NCBI GenBank assembly: GCA_964483625.1
Contig: CAZABB010000001.1
Location: 3,222-67,221 of the forward strand
Direction: 5' to 3'
Source of the DNA: an uncultured Planctomycetia bacterium
GTDB taxonomy: Bacteria > Omnitrophota > Gorgyraeia > Duberdicusellales > 4484-171
DNA length: 64,000 nt
Shown piece by piece: positions 1 through 9,477 of this stretch. Numbering within the stretch: position 1 is the stretch's first letter; the number at the start of each line of letters is the position of its first letter. Made by a program: the position numbers and the translations under genes. The notes beneath the pieces are model-generated. The model had not been told where the DNA came from, did no database searches, and saw only the letters and a list, made by a program, of their open reading frames with translations.

Positions 1-615
1 GTAAGAAACATCGAAAAAGCGACGTCGCTGGGACTGCCGGTTCAGATAAATTTTACCGTAACCCGCGTTAATTTCCGTGAACTTCCTTCCGTATACAGAC
101 TCGCCCGGCGTCTGGGCGTCGGGACGTTTTCAGTCGGTTCCCTGAACAGAATAGGATGCGGCATGCAGAATAAGGATATTTTCTCCCTTCCTTACTTCTT
201 TTATATCTGCTGGGTAAAATTCTGGCAGCGCACACTCGCCCCCGGGGGAAAAACGTTATTTTACATAAAAGAACGGTGCGATGCGAATATCTACACGTAC
301 ATAGACCATAAGGGATATCTTCACTTTTGCACGTTAATACCCCGCACAATGCCTCTGGGCAATCTTCTTAAGGAAGATTTACTTACTATCTGGCATTCGG
401 ATACGTACACACGCCTGTTTGATCTTGACTCTGTCAAGGAGCCCTGCCGGTCCTGTTTTTTTGAAAGGGAATGTCCCAAAGGATGCCGGGCGGAGATTTA
501 CGCCAGAGAAAGCGATTTTTTTGCCGGTAACACTGATTGCCTGCGAGGTAAAGTATCCCAGAAAGTGAAAGGTCTGGCTTCCTTTTTGAAAAAATCCCCC
601 TCAGATCTTTCTTAA
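1..615 (+). CDS. radical SAM/SPASM-domain protein, C-terminal part (5' end lies outside the window)
   Basis: Frame 1 is open from nt 1 (VRNIEKATSLGLPVQINFTVTRV...) to the stop at 615. The C-terminus has a Cys-rich SPASM-like signature (GCG..C..GNLLKEDLLTIWHSD..CRSCFFERECPKGC). Confidence 0.75.
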   Translation, partial: VRNIEKATSLGLPVQINFTVTRVNFRELPSVYRLARRLGVGTFSVGSLNRIGCGMQNKDIFSLPYFFYICWVKFWQRTLAPGGKTLFYIKERCDANIYTYIDHKGYLHFCTLIPRTMPLGNLLKEDLLTIWHSDTYTRLFDLDSVKEPCRSCFFERECPKGCRAEIYARESDFFAGNTDCLRGKVSQKVKGLASFLKKSPSDLS

Positions 616-1833
616 AAATTTCTTTCTCTCTCCGGCTTTGACCGATTTTAATAAATTTATCGCGCTAACCCCGCAAAGACCATAGGTAGGCGGAATATCT
701 CCGTTACAGAGAGGATCTTTTTCCCGGCAGGAGCCTTTTTTGAGAAAAGAATACAGATGGCATCCCCCGCCGCACGTACTTCTGCTTTCACACCGCGCAC
801 AGCCCGCCGGCAGCGCATTCCATATCTTCCTTTTCTTTTGAAGTTTCCGGCATATACTGAGAAGGGATTCTTCCCCGATATTACCCACACGCAACGCCGC
901 GGGGGCTTCGGCACAGGGCAGCACGGACCCATCCTGCATGATCGCGGCGCTGTTATTACCAAAACACGTGCACAGATTGGAACGCAAAAGAGCTTTCGCT
1001 TCAATAACATCGTTCAAGCGGGAATACACCGCCTTTACCGATTTCGACAATTCGGACAGTTCTTCTCTCGACAATTCCAGTTCTTCATTTGTCTTCTCAT
1101 CTTTTACAGGGATATACCGTTCACAGACCGGCAAAGCCCCCATTTCAACGACATCATTGATTATCTCTCTGATATGGCCGATATTGAGTTTTGTCACGAC
1201 AACAAACGCAATCACCATAATGCCGTTTTGAACGCAGGCAGTGATATTTCTTTTTATTCTCTCGAATTGATCGCTACCGGTATGCTTTTCATATATCTTT
1301 CGGTTATAATCGTATTTGACACACAGAATAAGATTGCTATTCATTTTCTTCAATCGTTCCAGCCATTCGTCGTTTATATGCGTTCCATTCGTCACTATCG
1401 TCACCCCCATGCCTCTTCGCTGCGCCGCCGTTAAAAGCCGGTACAAATCCTTATACAAAAACGGCTCTCCTCCCATAAGATCGATATGGGAAACGCCTAT
1501 GGCTCCGGCTTCCTGAATAATACGGATCCATCGCTCGGAAGGGAATACTTCGGGCGCATTTTTGGCCGCGTAGCAGTAGATACAGTTGTAATTGCAGGCT
1601 GACGTAATATGCAGCTGAAGGGTCCGGACAAACGGGAATATTCTCCGGTATATCCTTTGCAGGATAAACCTGAGCCAAGAAATCCGGCAGAAACGATTCA
1701 ACAGCCTCCAGAACATCATCCGATGAAATAAACCGTATCTTTCTGAAAACCGTTCCATTATTCCGCCGTTTCCCGTTTTACCGGCATGATTCATCTTTGC
1801 GGCGGGTTTAGATATAACCTGAAAGGCCGGCAC
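601..1833 (-). CDS. radical SAM enzyme with full SPASM domain
   Basis: CNYNCIYC (CxxxCxxC) plus a GGEPF glycine motif. The C-terminus carries 7 Cys in SPASM spacing (CTCFGN...GNIGEESLL..CARCESRSTCGGGC). The true start is probably the internal Met at 1797 or 1758 (MERFSERY...). The 3' end overlaps the convergent gene at 1..615 by 15 nt. Confidence 0.85.
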   Translation of the reverse strand: MPAFQVISKPAAKMNHAGKTGNGGIMERFSERYGLFHRMMFWRLLNRFCRISWLRFILQRIYRRIFPFVRTLQLHITSACNYNCIYCYAAKNAPEVFPSERWIRIIQEAGAIGVSHIDLMGGEPFLYKDLYRLLTAAQRRGMGVTIVTNGTHINDEWLERLKKMNSNLILCVKYDYNRKIYEKHTGSDQFERIKRNITACVQNGIMVIAFVVVTKLNIGHIREIINDVVEMGALPVCERYIPVKDEKTNEELELSREELSELSKSVKAVYSRLNDVIEAKALLRSNLCTCFGNNSAAIMQDGSVLPCAEAPAALRVGNIGEESLLSICRKLQKKRKIWNALPAGCARCESRSTCGGGCHLYSFLKKGSCREKDPLCNGDIPPTYGLCGVSAINLLKSVKAGERKKFLRKI

Positions 1834-2855
1834 ATTATATTCGTATAAAAGACATTGACCAGAAGATTCCGGTACTCAGGAGCCCGTAGCATCTCTCTTA
1901 TCTCTTTCGAATTTTCCCCGAACCATATTTTTCTGAAATTATAATCGCAGTCCCGGAAATTCCCCAGCACGTAATCCCGTGAGTAACTCGCGCATAACTC
2001 CCCGGAAGACATTACGTAACCGGACGCGATCCCTTCGAAGTTGGCAAGAGAATCGTCATTAAGCAGGTGCGCATAAAACGCTTTCCGCAATTTTCCGATC
2101 AAAGCCGGCGTACCGCCGTTCTTGGTAAAATCGCTTTCTTTTAATAGAAATCTGAGGATATCGCGATATTCTTCTTTATCCGGGGTGATATCGAGATCAA
2201 AGTTGTATAAACGCGCTCTGTTTTCGGCCAATTCGGCGATATAAGAGTCCGGCTTTATTTTCCGGACGAATTCATAGATATCCCGGAAAAAAGCGGCATT
2301 GAACTTCGATATAACCGTGTTGACTCCGACCGTTAATTGAGAACTGGGTATCTTTCTGAGCCCATAAAACGTACGCAGAAACCTTTCGAAATTGCCGCTC
2401 AGGCCGCGTATTTCGTCATGCTTCCTGCCGACTCCGTCCAGGGAAAGATTGATGATCACATTCAAACCCGGGCACGTCTTCAGGATCGTCTCCGCGACCG
2501 AATGAATCCGCTCGGTAAGCGTTCCGTTGGTCGCGATGGTTAAAAACTCCGGTTTGGTCTTTTCATACACAACCTGTATAATACACGCCAGGTCGTCACG
2601 AAGAAAAGGCTCCCCGCCCATAATCGTGACGGAAAAAAGACGGCCATACCCGGTGAAAATCTTCTCGTATTCGGCCGGGGTCAGTTCCCGGGCCGGATCA
2701 CCCCGCGCTTTCCAGATATTGCAGGTCCGGCACCTTGAATTACATCGATCGGTAACACAAAGCGTGAGAACGCGCGGAAGCATTTTGGGATGTCCCGTCC
2801 ACCGGAAAAAATTATACCCTATTATGCTCGGTATGTGTTGAAACATAATCGTCAT
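1791..2855 (-). CDS. radical SAM enzyme with twitch/partial-SPASM C-terminus
   Basis: LCVTDRCNSRCRTC motif and a GGEPFL glycine motif. The C-terminal region has 3 Cys (CASY..RDCDY..NIMCRP). An alternative start is at 2783 (MLPRVLTL...). Confidence 0.8.
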   Translation of the reverse strand: MTIMFQHIPSIIGYNFFRWTGHPKMLPRVLTLCVTDRCNSRCRTCNIWKARGDPARELTPAEYEKIFTGYGRLFSVTIMGGEPFLRDDLACIIQVVYEKTKPEFLTIATNGTLTERIHSVAETILKTCPGLNVIINLSLDGVGRKHDEIRGLSGNFERFLRTFYGLRKIPSSQLTVGVNTVISKFNAAFFRDIYEFVRKIKPDSYIAELAENRARLYNFDLDITPDKEEYRDILRFLLKESDFTKNGGTPALIGKLRKAFYAHLLNDDSLANFEGIASGYVMSSGELCASYSRDYVLGNFRDCDYNFRKIWFGENSKEIREMLRAPEYRNLLVNVFYTNIMCRPFRLYLNPPQR

Positions 2856-4308
2856 CTGCCGTCCGTTTTCCCATTGTTCCCGAGAAAACTTTCCGCAAAA
2901 AATTATGAAAAAACCGGGAAAAAGGTCTTATTTTATAATACATCTTTCTATAGTAAGGGTACAGGAGAAGATAGAGAGTCGTATCTTTGATATGAATACC
3001 CGCCAGAATTCTGACAACCGGCAGCAGAAAATTTCTTTTGACTTCCGAATAAAACACATTGTGGTAGTAACAAATCTTCTTTCCCGAGATCGTCGGGAGA
3101 TCCAATATCGTTTTTCCCTCATTGTATGCCTTTACTTTTCTTTCACTTATGAGACCCTGCCGGACACACGTATCGTACAGTTCGGTCCCGGGATAAGGAC
3201 GGAAAACAAACTGAACCGGAAACGTGGGACGAACCTGCCGATTGAGTGCGATCGTCTGGCGCACGGTATGTTCATCTTCCCCGGGAAGCCCGATGAGATT
3301 CAGCCCAAACGTACGTATGCGGTATGTATCGCATAATTGAAACGCTCTCTTTATCTGTCCATCGGTAAGGTTTCTCCTAAGAAGCCGGTTGCGGAGATAG
3401 ACGTTACCGGATTCGATACCTATACATACCGTGTCGCATCCGGCGCGTTTCAGAAGACGCATCACATTCTCGTTCAGAACCTCCGGTCGGGCGTTTATTC
3501 CAAAAGGCATGTTAATTCTGGATTTATATTCTTTACAAAAACGACTCAAATATTCTTCTTCGAGAGTAAAGATGTCGTCATGAAACGTGATACGGTTGAA
3601 TGTATATCGCGCCGCCAGCTGTTCCAGCTCGCCTATTACATGCTCCACACTTCTTCGCCGTAAAAGCCGGCCTTTTCCCCTGTAAAGTTTGTGAAGGAAA
3701 TTATTTACGCAATAAGGACAATTATACAGGCATCCCCGGCTGGACATGACCTCGGCATCCTTAAATTTCCGGTCATTTATTATTTTCTGATAATCGAACA
3801 TTTCTCGATCCGCATACGGCAGTGAATCCAAATCTTCTATAAGCGGCCCGACCTCATTTTTTATCACGTGCCCGTTTTTATTGAACCAGAAGTTTTTGAT
3901 CCGGCTGATATCTTTTTGTCTTTCCAACGCCGTCACTAAATCCCGAACGGCGTATTCTCCTTCGCCCCGGCATATTCCCGTCACTCCTTTAAGCCCGATA
4001 CTTTCATCCGGGGCCGCGGTAGGATGCGGTCCGCCCAGGATCACCGGGAGACCATACCGGTCGTATATGTATCCCGCGTACCGGGCAACGAGCGTCATCT
4101 GATCCGAAGCGGCATATATGCCGATAAGACGAGGGTTCACCCTGTCGATACACGTATCGATGCCGGTAGGATGAAATGCGCGGGCGACGAAAAGCTCGAC
4201 AGCGTGTCCGGCATCCTTCAGGACGGCCGCAATACTCCCCAAGCCGTGATGATACCCTACATCATTGAAACCCGGACATTCAATGGGATATACGAACAGA
4301 ATGTTCAC
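2812..4308 (-). CDS. cobalamin-binding (class B) radical SAM enzyme
   Basis: N-terminal Rossmann-like B12-binding region (MNILFVYPIE...ILGGPHPT) followed by SRGCLYNCPYC, matching the xRGCxxxCxFC pattern of B12-rSAM proteins. Confidence 0.85.
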   Translation of the reverse strand: MNILFVYPIECPGFNDVGYHHGLGSIAAVLKDAGHAVELFVARAFHPTGIDTCIDRVNPRLIGIYAASDQMTLVARYAGYIYDRYGLPVILGGPHPTAAPDESIGLKGVTGICRGEGEYAVRDLVTALERQKDISRIKNFWFNKNGHVIKNEVGPLIEDLDSLPYADREMFDYQKIINDRKFKDAEVMSSRGCLYNCPYCVNNFLHKLYRGKGRLLRRRSVEHVIGELEQLAARYTFNRITFHDDIFTLEEEYLSRFCKEYKSRINMPFGINARPEVLNENVMRLLKRAGCDTVCIGIESGNVYLRNRLLRRNLTDGQIKRAFQLCDTYRIRTFGLNLIGLPGEDEHTVRQTIALNRQVRPTFPVQFVFRPYPGTELYDTCVRQGLISERKVKAYNEGKTILDLPTISGKKICYYHNVFYSEVKRNFLLPVVRILAGIHIKDTTLYLLLYPYYRKMYYKIRPFSRFFHNFLRKVFSGTMGKRTADDDYVSTHTEHNRV

Positions 4309-4312
4309 CGTA

Positions 4313-5359
4313 CTAAAACCAATTGCAGTGCAGGCACGGCTGAGGAGGACGACCGCTCCTCATCCGAATCCTCCAATCGATAAATCGCTCATTATTCCAT
4401 ATGCGCAAAGGATGCTCCGCGAAGATGTTCCCGAAAAACATATTATGCAATACGCAGCAGGGAAGGACAAATCCTTTCGATGTGATCGACATTTCATGCC
4501 AGGGCTGATAACAGCCCGTCCACCGCTGCGGCTGATTGAGTTTCGGCAGGGTGAGTTTTATGCCGTATTTTTCCGCGGCCTGCTCTGTCTCTCGAAAACG
4601 GGAACGGATCTCTGTTTTCTCTCCCGCCGGCAGGGTGCGTAGCGCATGTTCCGCCGTGGAAATGCCCGTTTCATACACATACTGTATATCCTGAACCCCG
4701 ACTTCGGATATCCCCAACCTGCGGGCAAGCTCTACCAACGCCGGTAATTCATGTATATTATTCCTCATCACAATTGAACGCAGACTCAGCCGAATGGAAC
4801 TTTGGCGTTCTTTCTTCAGTCGGATCATACATTCGATATTCCCCAGCAGCACACCAAATTTCACTCCCGCACGGATACTCTCCACGGTCGCGGCGGTTGC
4901 TCCGTCAATGGAGAAGAAAATCCGGTCAACTCCCGATGAAATCAGCCTCGACGATACGTCATTGGTCAACAGCATCCCGTTGGTGAAAAGAGCGACATGC
5001 AGTTTTCTCTTTTTTGCGTAATGGATCATTTTAAAAATATCCTTATGCAGTAAAGGTTCTCCCATGCCCAGCAGGGTAACGGCGTAAAGAAAAGGCATGG
5101 TATCGACTATTTTCTGAAAATGCCCGAAATCCATTTCGCTCAACCCGTCTTTCTTTATCTCCGGAGCAAACCGGGGACACATCCTACAGTTCAGATTGCA
5201 TTGATCGGTCACCCCGATGACGGCAGAGAAAGGGAAACGGGGAGACCGGGGAATTACGACCATCTGCACGGCATATAAAAACAAATGCGCGGCGCGGCGC
5301 AACGTAAGGTTTTGTAACATATATTTTATGGCAAAAATGATCCGGTTTTTTATCTTCAT
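4313..5359 (-). CDS. radical SAM enzyme with SPASM domain
   Basis: IGVTDQCNLNCRMC and GMGEPLL motifs. C-terminal SPASM region reads CYQPWHE..PCC..FGNIFAEHPLRIW...CLHC. Confidence 0.85.
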   Translation of the reverse strand: MKIKNRIIFAIKYMLQNLTLRRAAHLFLYAVQMVVIPRSPRFPFSAVIGVTDQCNLNCRMCPRFAPEIKKDGLSEMDFGHFQKIVDTMPFLYAVTLLGMGEPLLHKDIFKMIHYAKKRKLHVALFTNGMLLTNDVSSRLISSGVDRIFFSIDGATAATVESIRAGVKFGVLLGNIECMIRLKKERQSSIRLSLRSIVMRNNIHELPALVELARRLGISEVGVQDIQYVYETGISTAEHALRTLPAGEKTEIRSRFRETEQAAEKYGIKLTLPKLNQPQRWTGCYQPWHEMSITSKGFVLPCCVLHNMFFGNIFAEHPLRIWNNERFIDWRIRMRSGRPPQPCLHCNWF

Positions 5360-5456
5360 TACGGGAGACTATTCATCGCCAAAATCGCAATTCACCAATA
5401 CACACAAGGGAAAAGATTAACGTGCCGTATACGTTTCTTCCGACATAACGGAAAAT

Positions 5457-6425
5457 TCACGTCGTCGAAGCCGCCGTCTTCATCCGTTCCATCCTTTTCA
5501 GGGTCAGAGGGGGAACAAATCCGAATACCTTTGCCAACCGTTCTATTATCCTCACGGGTATCCTTACCAGTGCCGGGGGGATATGTACGATAAACGGCTT
5601 TTTGCGTAACGATTCCGCTAACAACGAAATCATTTCATTCAACGAATATGACTTTTTATCGCGTATTGCATACGTTTCGTTCCGATACCCCAAGGGCGCC
5701 GCCGAATGAATCGGGAACGGCGGGGAACTTCTATTCTCCCCAGGAGAAAAAACAGAATCGCGCGACGGGCATACGTCCCACTCCCAGGTCCGGGAAGCAT
5801 CGTTTTCAGTCTCTCTGTGGATAAGCGCGAGGGTCGCATCCACCAGATTATGCACGTCCAGAGCGGTAATCTTTCTGGTGCCGTCCCCGATGACAGGAAC
5901 GATACCGAGACGAATAAAGGAAGCCAGCTTCTTCAGTTCTTTATCCGGATTCTGCCAGTCATACACTAACGGAGGACGCACAATGACGTAAGGAACGCCG
6001 GATTTTTTGACGATCAGCTCAGATTCATATTTACTTCTTCCGTACGCCGATTCTCTATATTCGACGGCGGCAAGAGAAGAAAAATGGATAAAAGTTCCGA
6101 TCCGGCCGGCGTATTCTTTACACGCTTCAATAAGGTTCTTCGTTCCTTCTACGTTTACCTTTCTGTATTGTGCGTCGTATGACGACGAGACGGCGTTTAT
6201 CGTACCTATCGCCGCCAGGTGAACCACAATATCGATACCGGCCGCGATATGCCGCAACGTTTCCGGTTCACGTATGTCACCATACCACCGCCCGGCCTGA
6301 TCCGGCAGACCGGCGGTATCACTCGTTCTTCTTATCAGACACCGCACACGATGACCTTTTGCGGCCAACTCTCTCGTCACGTATCTGCCAATAAAACCCG
6401 TAGCGCCCGTTATGAGTATATGCAT
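5457..6425 (-). CDS. NAD(P)-dependent epimerase/dehydratase (atypical SDR)
   Basis: N-terminal ITGATGFIGRYV Rossmann motif and a YGRSK (YxxxK) catalytic motif. Confidence 0.8.
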   Translation of the reverse strand: MHILITGATGFIGRYVTRELAAKGHRVRCLIRRTSDTAGLPDQAGRWYGDIREPETLRHIAAGIDIVVHLAAIGTINAVSSSYDAQYRKVNVEGTKNLIEACKEYAGRIGTFIHFSSLAAVEYRESAYGRSKYESELIVKKSGVPYVIVRPPLVYDWQNPDKELKKLASFIRLGIVPVIGDGTRKITALDVHNLVDATLALIHRETENDASRTWEWDVCPSRDSVFSPGENRSSPPFPIHSAAPLGYRNETYAIRDKKSYSLNEMISLLAESLRKKPFIVHIPPALVRIPVRIIERLAKVFGFVPPLTLKRMERMKTAASTT

Positions 6426-6468
6426 TTCACATTATCTTTGGGAAAACGGAATATCCAAAATATTAGCT

Positions 6469-7515
6469 CTATTTACCGGCTCCGTCAAGATTCACCAAAA
6501 AATCTTTAATCACCCGGGCGATAACCCGATGCGCCTGCGGTCCAAAATGCCCGGTTTCTCTAAATGTCAGCCCTTCTTTTCGGGCCGCCTGAATGTGCGG
6601 CCGTACGAACACGCACGGCACATTCCTGCGTTGCCAGTAGACAGAGAATGCTTTTTCATATTTCAGCGTTTCCTCCGGGACATCTTCGAGAAATATATCG
6701 CTCAAGTATACAAAAACCGGAACCGCGTTCATGTCTCTTACCGTCCTGACGATTTCCTCGAGAATCGCATTGGTCGCTTTTTCTTCTTCCGAAATATCAT
6801 TCATTCGATGCGACAGCTTACAGACACACAGAGTTATCACATCGATAATCTTTGGTTTCCACCATTCGTTCTTCAGCATCGCTTCCGGCGGGAGAACCGG
6901 TGAATGTTCCTTCCTGAGCCGACCGTTCATCAATCTGAATCTTGGTTTCGCGTAATCCCGGAAGTACAGCATATTACGCACCATATCGACTTTCATAAAT
7001 CCCAGGATGACAATATCCGGTTTATATTTCACTCCTTCTTCCTGAAGATAGACCAGCATCTGGTCATGCCCGTATCCGTGTACGCCGAAATTCAGAACTT
7101 CGCTGGAGGGAATCATGCGCTGCAGATAGAAAGAAAACGTCTCCTCATCACTCACCTCTTCGCCGAACGTATACGAATCCCCGAGGATTAGAATCCTCAG
7201 CGTGCCCCGCGGTTTATCGTAGGCATACTCGCGGTTTCCTCTCAGCCCGCGCGAGTTTGAATTAAGAACCTCGCGGTTAAAATAAAGCATATCGTCCAAA
7301 CCGGCCTTCAAAGCCCATCCCCGTGTGGGGTGATATACGTCGAAGACATAGAAAATTTCAATTCCGTCTTCTTGATGGCGCCGTACCCACTTTATTCTCC
7401 AGGAAGCGCTACATTCATCCTGCAAAAATGATTCGTTCCTCAATATCAGACGGGATGAAATTTCAAAAAACAGGAAAAGCCCGATCACATAATACACATA
7501 CCGGTATTTTTTCAT
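6469..7515 (-). CDS. SGNH/GDSL-family hydrolase (possible glycan O-acyl esterase or transferase), N-terminal membrane anchor
   Basis: Hydrophobic N-terminus (YYVIGLFLFFEI), GDSL block I (ILILGDSYTFG), block II Gly, and a C-terminal TGHFGPQAH (DxxH-like) motif. Confidence 0.65.
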   Translation of the reverse strand: MKKYRYVYYVIGLFLFFEISSRLILRNESFLQDECSASWRIKWVRRHQEDGIEIFYVFDVYHPTRGWALKAGLDDMLYFNREVLNSNSRGLRGNREYAYDKPRGTLRILILGDSYTFGEEVSDEETFSFYLQRMIPSSEVLNFGVHGYGHDQMLVYLQEEGVKYKPDIVILGFMKVDMVRNMLYFRDYAKPRFRLMNGRLRKEHSPVLPPEAMLKNEWWKPKIIDVITLCVCKLSHRMNDISEEEKATNAILEEIVRTVRDMNAVPVFVYLSDIFLEDVPEETLKYEKAFSVYWQRRNVPCVFVRPHIQAARKEGLTFRETGHFGPQAHRVIARVIKDFLVNLDGAGK

Positions 7516-7548
7516 AAGCTTTCCGTCTCTTCCGTTAAGTGAACGAAG

Positions 7549-8373
7549 CTAGGTAAACGCGGCGCGGCAAAAAGACAGGCTCGCCCTGATATTACGGGCG
7601 ATCTTTTTTTTATTCCCGACGCCTAAAGCCCGAGAACTCATCTCGAGCGTAACGATCCCCGGATAACGATCCCGCTTCAGGCGCTTTAAAAACCGCTCTA
7701 ACGGCAATCGGCCTTCGGTTATCAGGCTGTGTTCTCTTCCGTTATAATTGGAAAGATGAACATGCGCTATGCGTTTCTTCAGGCATTCGTACGCTTCCAG
7801 GAGGTCTATTCCCCATGTGCCTACGTGAGTTGTATCGAACGCCACGTGATCAAACCTTTTGAGCTGATCGAGGTTATTGAACCGATACGGGTTCAGGCGG
7901 ACATCCCCCCAACGCATATCGGGCAGGTTTTCCAGGACGATGGTAACCGGGGTATTATCCTGGAAAGATTTCAATTCGCGCGTTAACCATCGAGCATACC
8001 GCTTCTGCCCACCGAAAGGAAAATGGAGCAATATGTCGGCAAGCATCTCGGTTGTTCCCACCCGTACCAAGCGCAACGGCGGATGAATCACTGTGACGCG
8101 GGCGCCGACCGCCTCGGCAAGGGCGATCGAATGCTTTACCCTTTCAATTTCATCCACGGGACAGCCGGAGATATATCCGTTAAAAGGGCTATGGATGCTC
8201 AGGATAGGAACTCCGTACTCATCCCGAAGACGATTCAAGTAGCCCGCCGAATACGCCGACCGATACCGGTTGGCCAATATTTCCAGACCGTCAAACCCGA
8301 CATTGTGTGCGAGCTCAAACGCATATCTGAGAGGATAAGGATATACTGAACCCGCTGATAAAGCGAACATCAT
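7549..8373 (-). CDS. sugar phosphate isomerase/epimerase (xylose-isomerase-like TIM barrel; IolE/IolI-like)
   Basis: IAHVHLSNYNG metal-site motif, a VIHPP motif and TIM-barrel-like periodicity, as in the AP endonuclease 2 / xylose isomerase-like family. Confidence 0.65.
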   Translation of the reverse strand: MMFALSAGSVYPYPLRYAFELAHNVGFDGLEILANRYRSAYSAGYLNRLRDEYGVPILSIHSPFNGYISGCPVDEIERVKHSIALAEAVGARVTVIHPPLRLVRVGTTEMLADILLHFPFGGQKRYARWLTRELKSFQDNTPVTIVLENLPDMRWGDVRLNPYRFNNLDQLKRFDHVAFDTTHVGTWGIDLLEAYECLKKRIAHVHLSNYNGREHSLITEGRLPLERFLKRLKRDRYPGIVTLEMSSRALGVGNKKKIARNIRASLSFCRAAFT

Positions 8374-8385
8374 ACATCTCTTTAT

Positions 8386-9477
8386 TTATGTATCGATCCG
8401 GCCGGCGACAAAATCGTCAACCATCCGTTTCGCCTGAAAATCAGAATATTGCACCGGGGGACGCTTCATCGCGTACGCCGAAAGAGAAGTTAAAACCCCG
8501 CCTCGCCTCCTGTCCAGAGCCAATTTGCACCCCCGGATCACATCGATAACAACCCCGGCACTGTTGGGAGAATCTTCCACCGAAAGTTTCACATCGAGTT
8601 CTATCGGCAGCCCCCCGAATCCCCGTCCTTTCAGAGTGATGAAACAAACTTTGTTGTCTTTTAACCAAGATACATAGTCGGTAGGACTTATATGGACATC
8701 TTCTTCCGCGAACGGACTGTCCGATTGCGATTTTACTGATTCGGCTTTTGATATCTTCTTCAGCTTGAGCCTTTTAAAATCGAGCATATTAAGAAAATCG
8801 GTATTCCCTCCGACATTCAGCTGATATGTGCTGTCAACCTTTACGCCTCTTTCGCTGAATAACTTCACTAATGTTCTATGGAGTACCGTCGCGCCTAACT
8901 GAGATTTGATATCATCACCCACCAGAGGAAGGTTCTTATCTTTAAATTTCTCCGCCCATTGCGAATCGGAAGCTATAAAAACGGGGATATTGTTCACAAA
9001 GGCGGTATGAGAATCCAGACAGCATTGCGCATAGAATTTCGTCGCTTGCTCGGCACCAACGGGGAGATAATTCAACAGCATATCGGCTTTACTTTCCTTT
9101 AAAAGCGCAACGATATCACAGGACGGCGCGGCCGAAATCAAGAACGTTTTTTCCGAAGGGTAGTTCTTCATCTGGTCGTTCACTCCATCCCCGACGACAC
9201 CCATATTCACTTTTACGCCGCGGGCGGGTATATCGTTCTGAAAGATGGTACCGCAGTTTGGTCTTTCAAAGATGGCACGCGCGATATCTTTTCCCACTTT
9301 TCGTTCATCGACATCAATCGCGGCGACCACTTCTATATCTTCCGGGGTATATCCGCCCATACTGTAGGACGTCAGCCCCATATCGCTGTTCCTCCTGTTT
9401 CTATAGTATTCTATTCCCTGAAGCAAACTGCTGGCACAATTGCCGACACCGACAATGGCAATCTTTATCCTGCTCAT
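8386..9477 (-). CDS. ino1: myo-inositol-1-phosphate (inositol-3-phosphate) synthase
   Basis: KIAIVGVGNCASSL Rossmann motif plus blocks conserved in bacterial/archaeal MIPS (VNNIPVFIASD..., LVGDDIKSQLGAT, QLNVGGNTDFLN, SPNSAGVVIDVIRGCKLALDR). The start is trimmed to MSRIKIAIVG at 9477; the longest ORF extends to 9513. Confidence 0.8.
   Translation of the reverse strand: MSRIKIAIVGVGNCASSLLQGIEYYRNRRNSDMGLTSYSMGGYTPEDIEVVAAIDVDERKVGKDIARAIFERPNCGTIFQNDIPARGVKVNMGVVGDGVNDQMKNYPSEKTFLISAAPSCDIVALLKESKADMLLNYLPVGAEQATKFYAQCCLDSHTAFVNNIPVFIASDSQWAEKFKDKNLPLVGDDIKSQLGATVLHRTLVKLFSERGVKVDSTYQLNVGGNTDFLNMLDFKRLKLKKISKAESVKSQSDSPFAEEDVHISPTDYVSWLKDNKVCFITLKGRGFGGLPIELDVKLSVEDSPNSAGVVIDVIRGCKLALDRRRGGVLTSLSAYAMKRPPVQYSDFQAKRMVDDFVAGRIDT

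Noticed and set aside
657-1434. Antisense and alternate-frame ORFs inside annotated genes (e.g. 657..1010, 757..1434, 21127..21624, 37442..38089, 47150..47773, 59822..60613)
   Set aside because: They lie entirely within longer ORFs that have strong family signatures. They have low-complexity or Arg/Pro-rich translations typical of GC-biased antisense frames.
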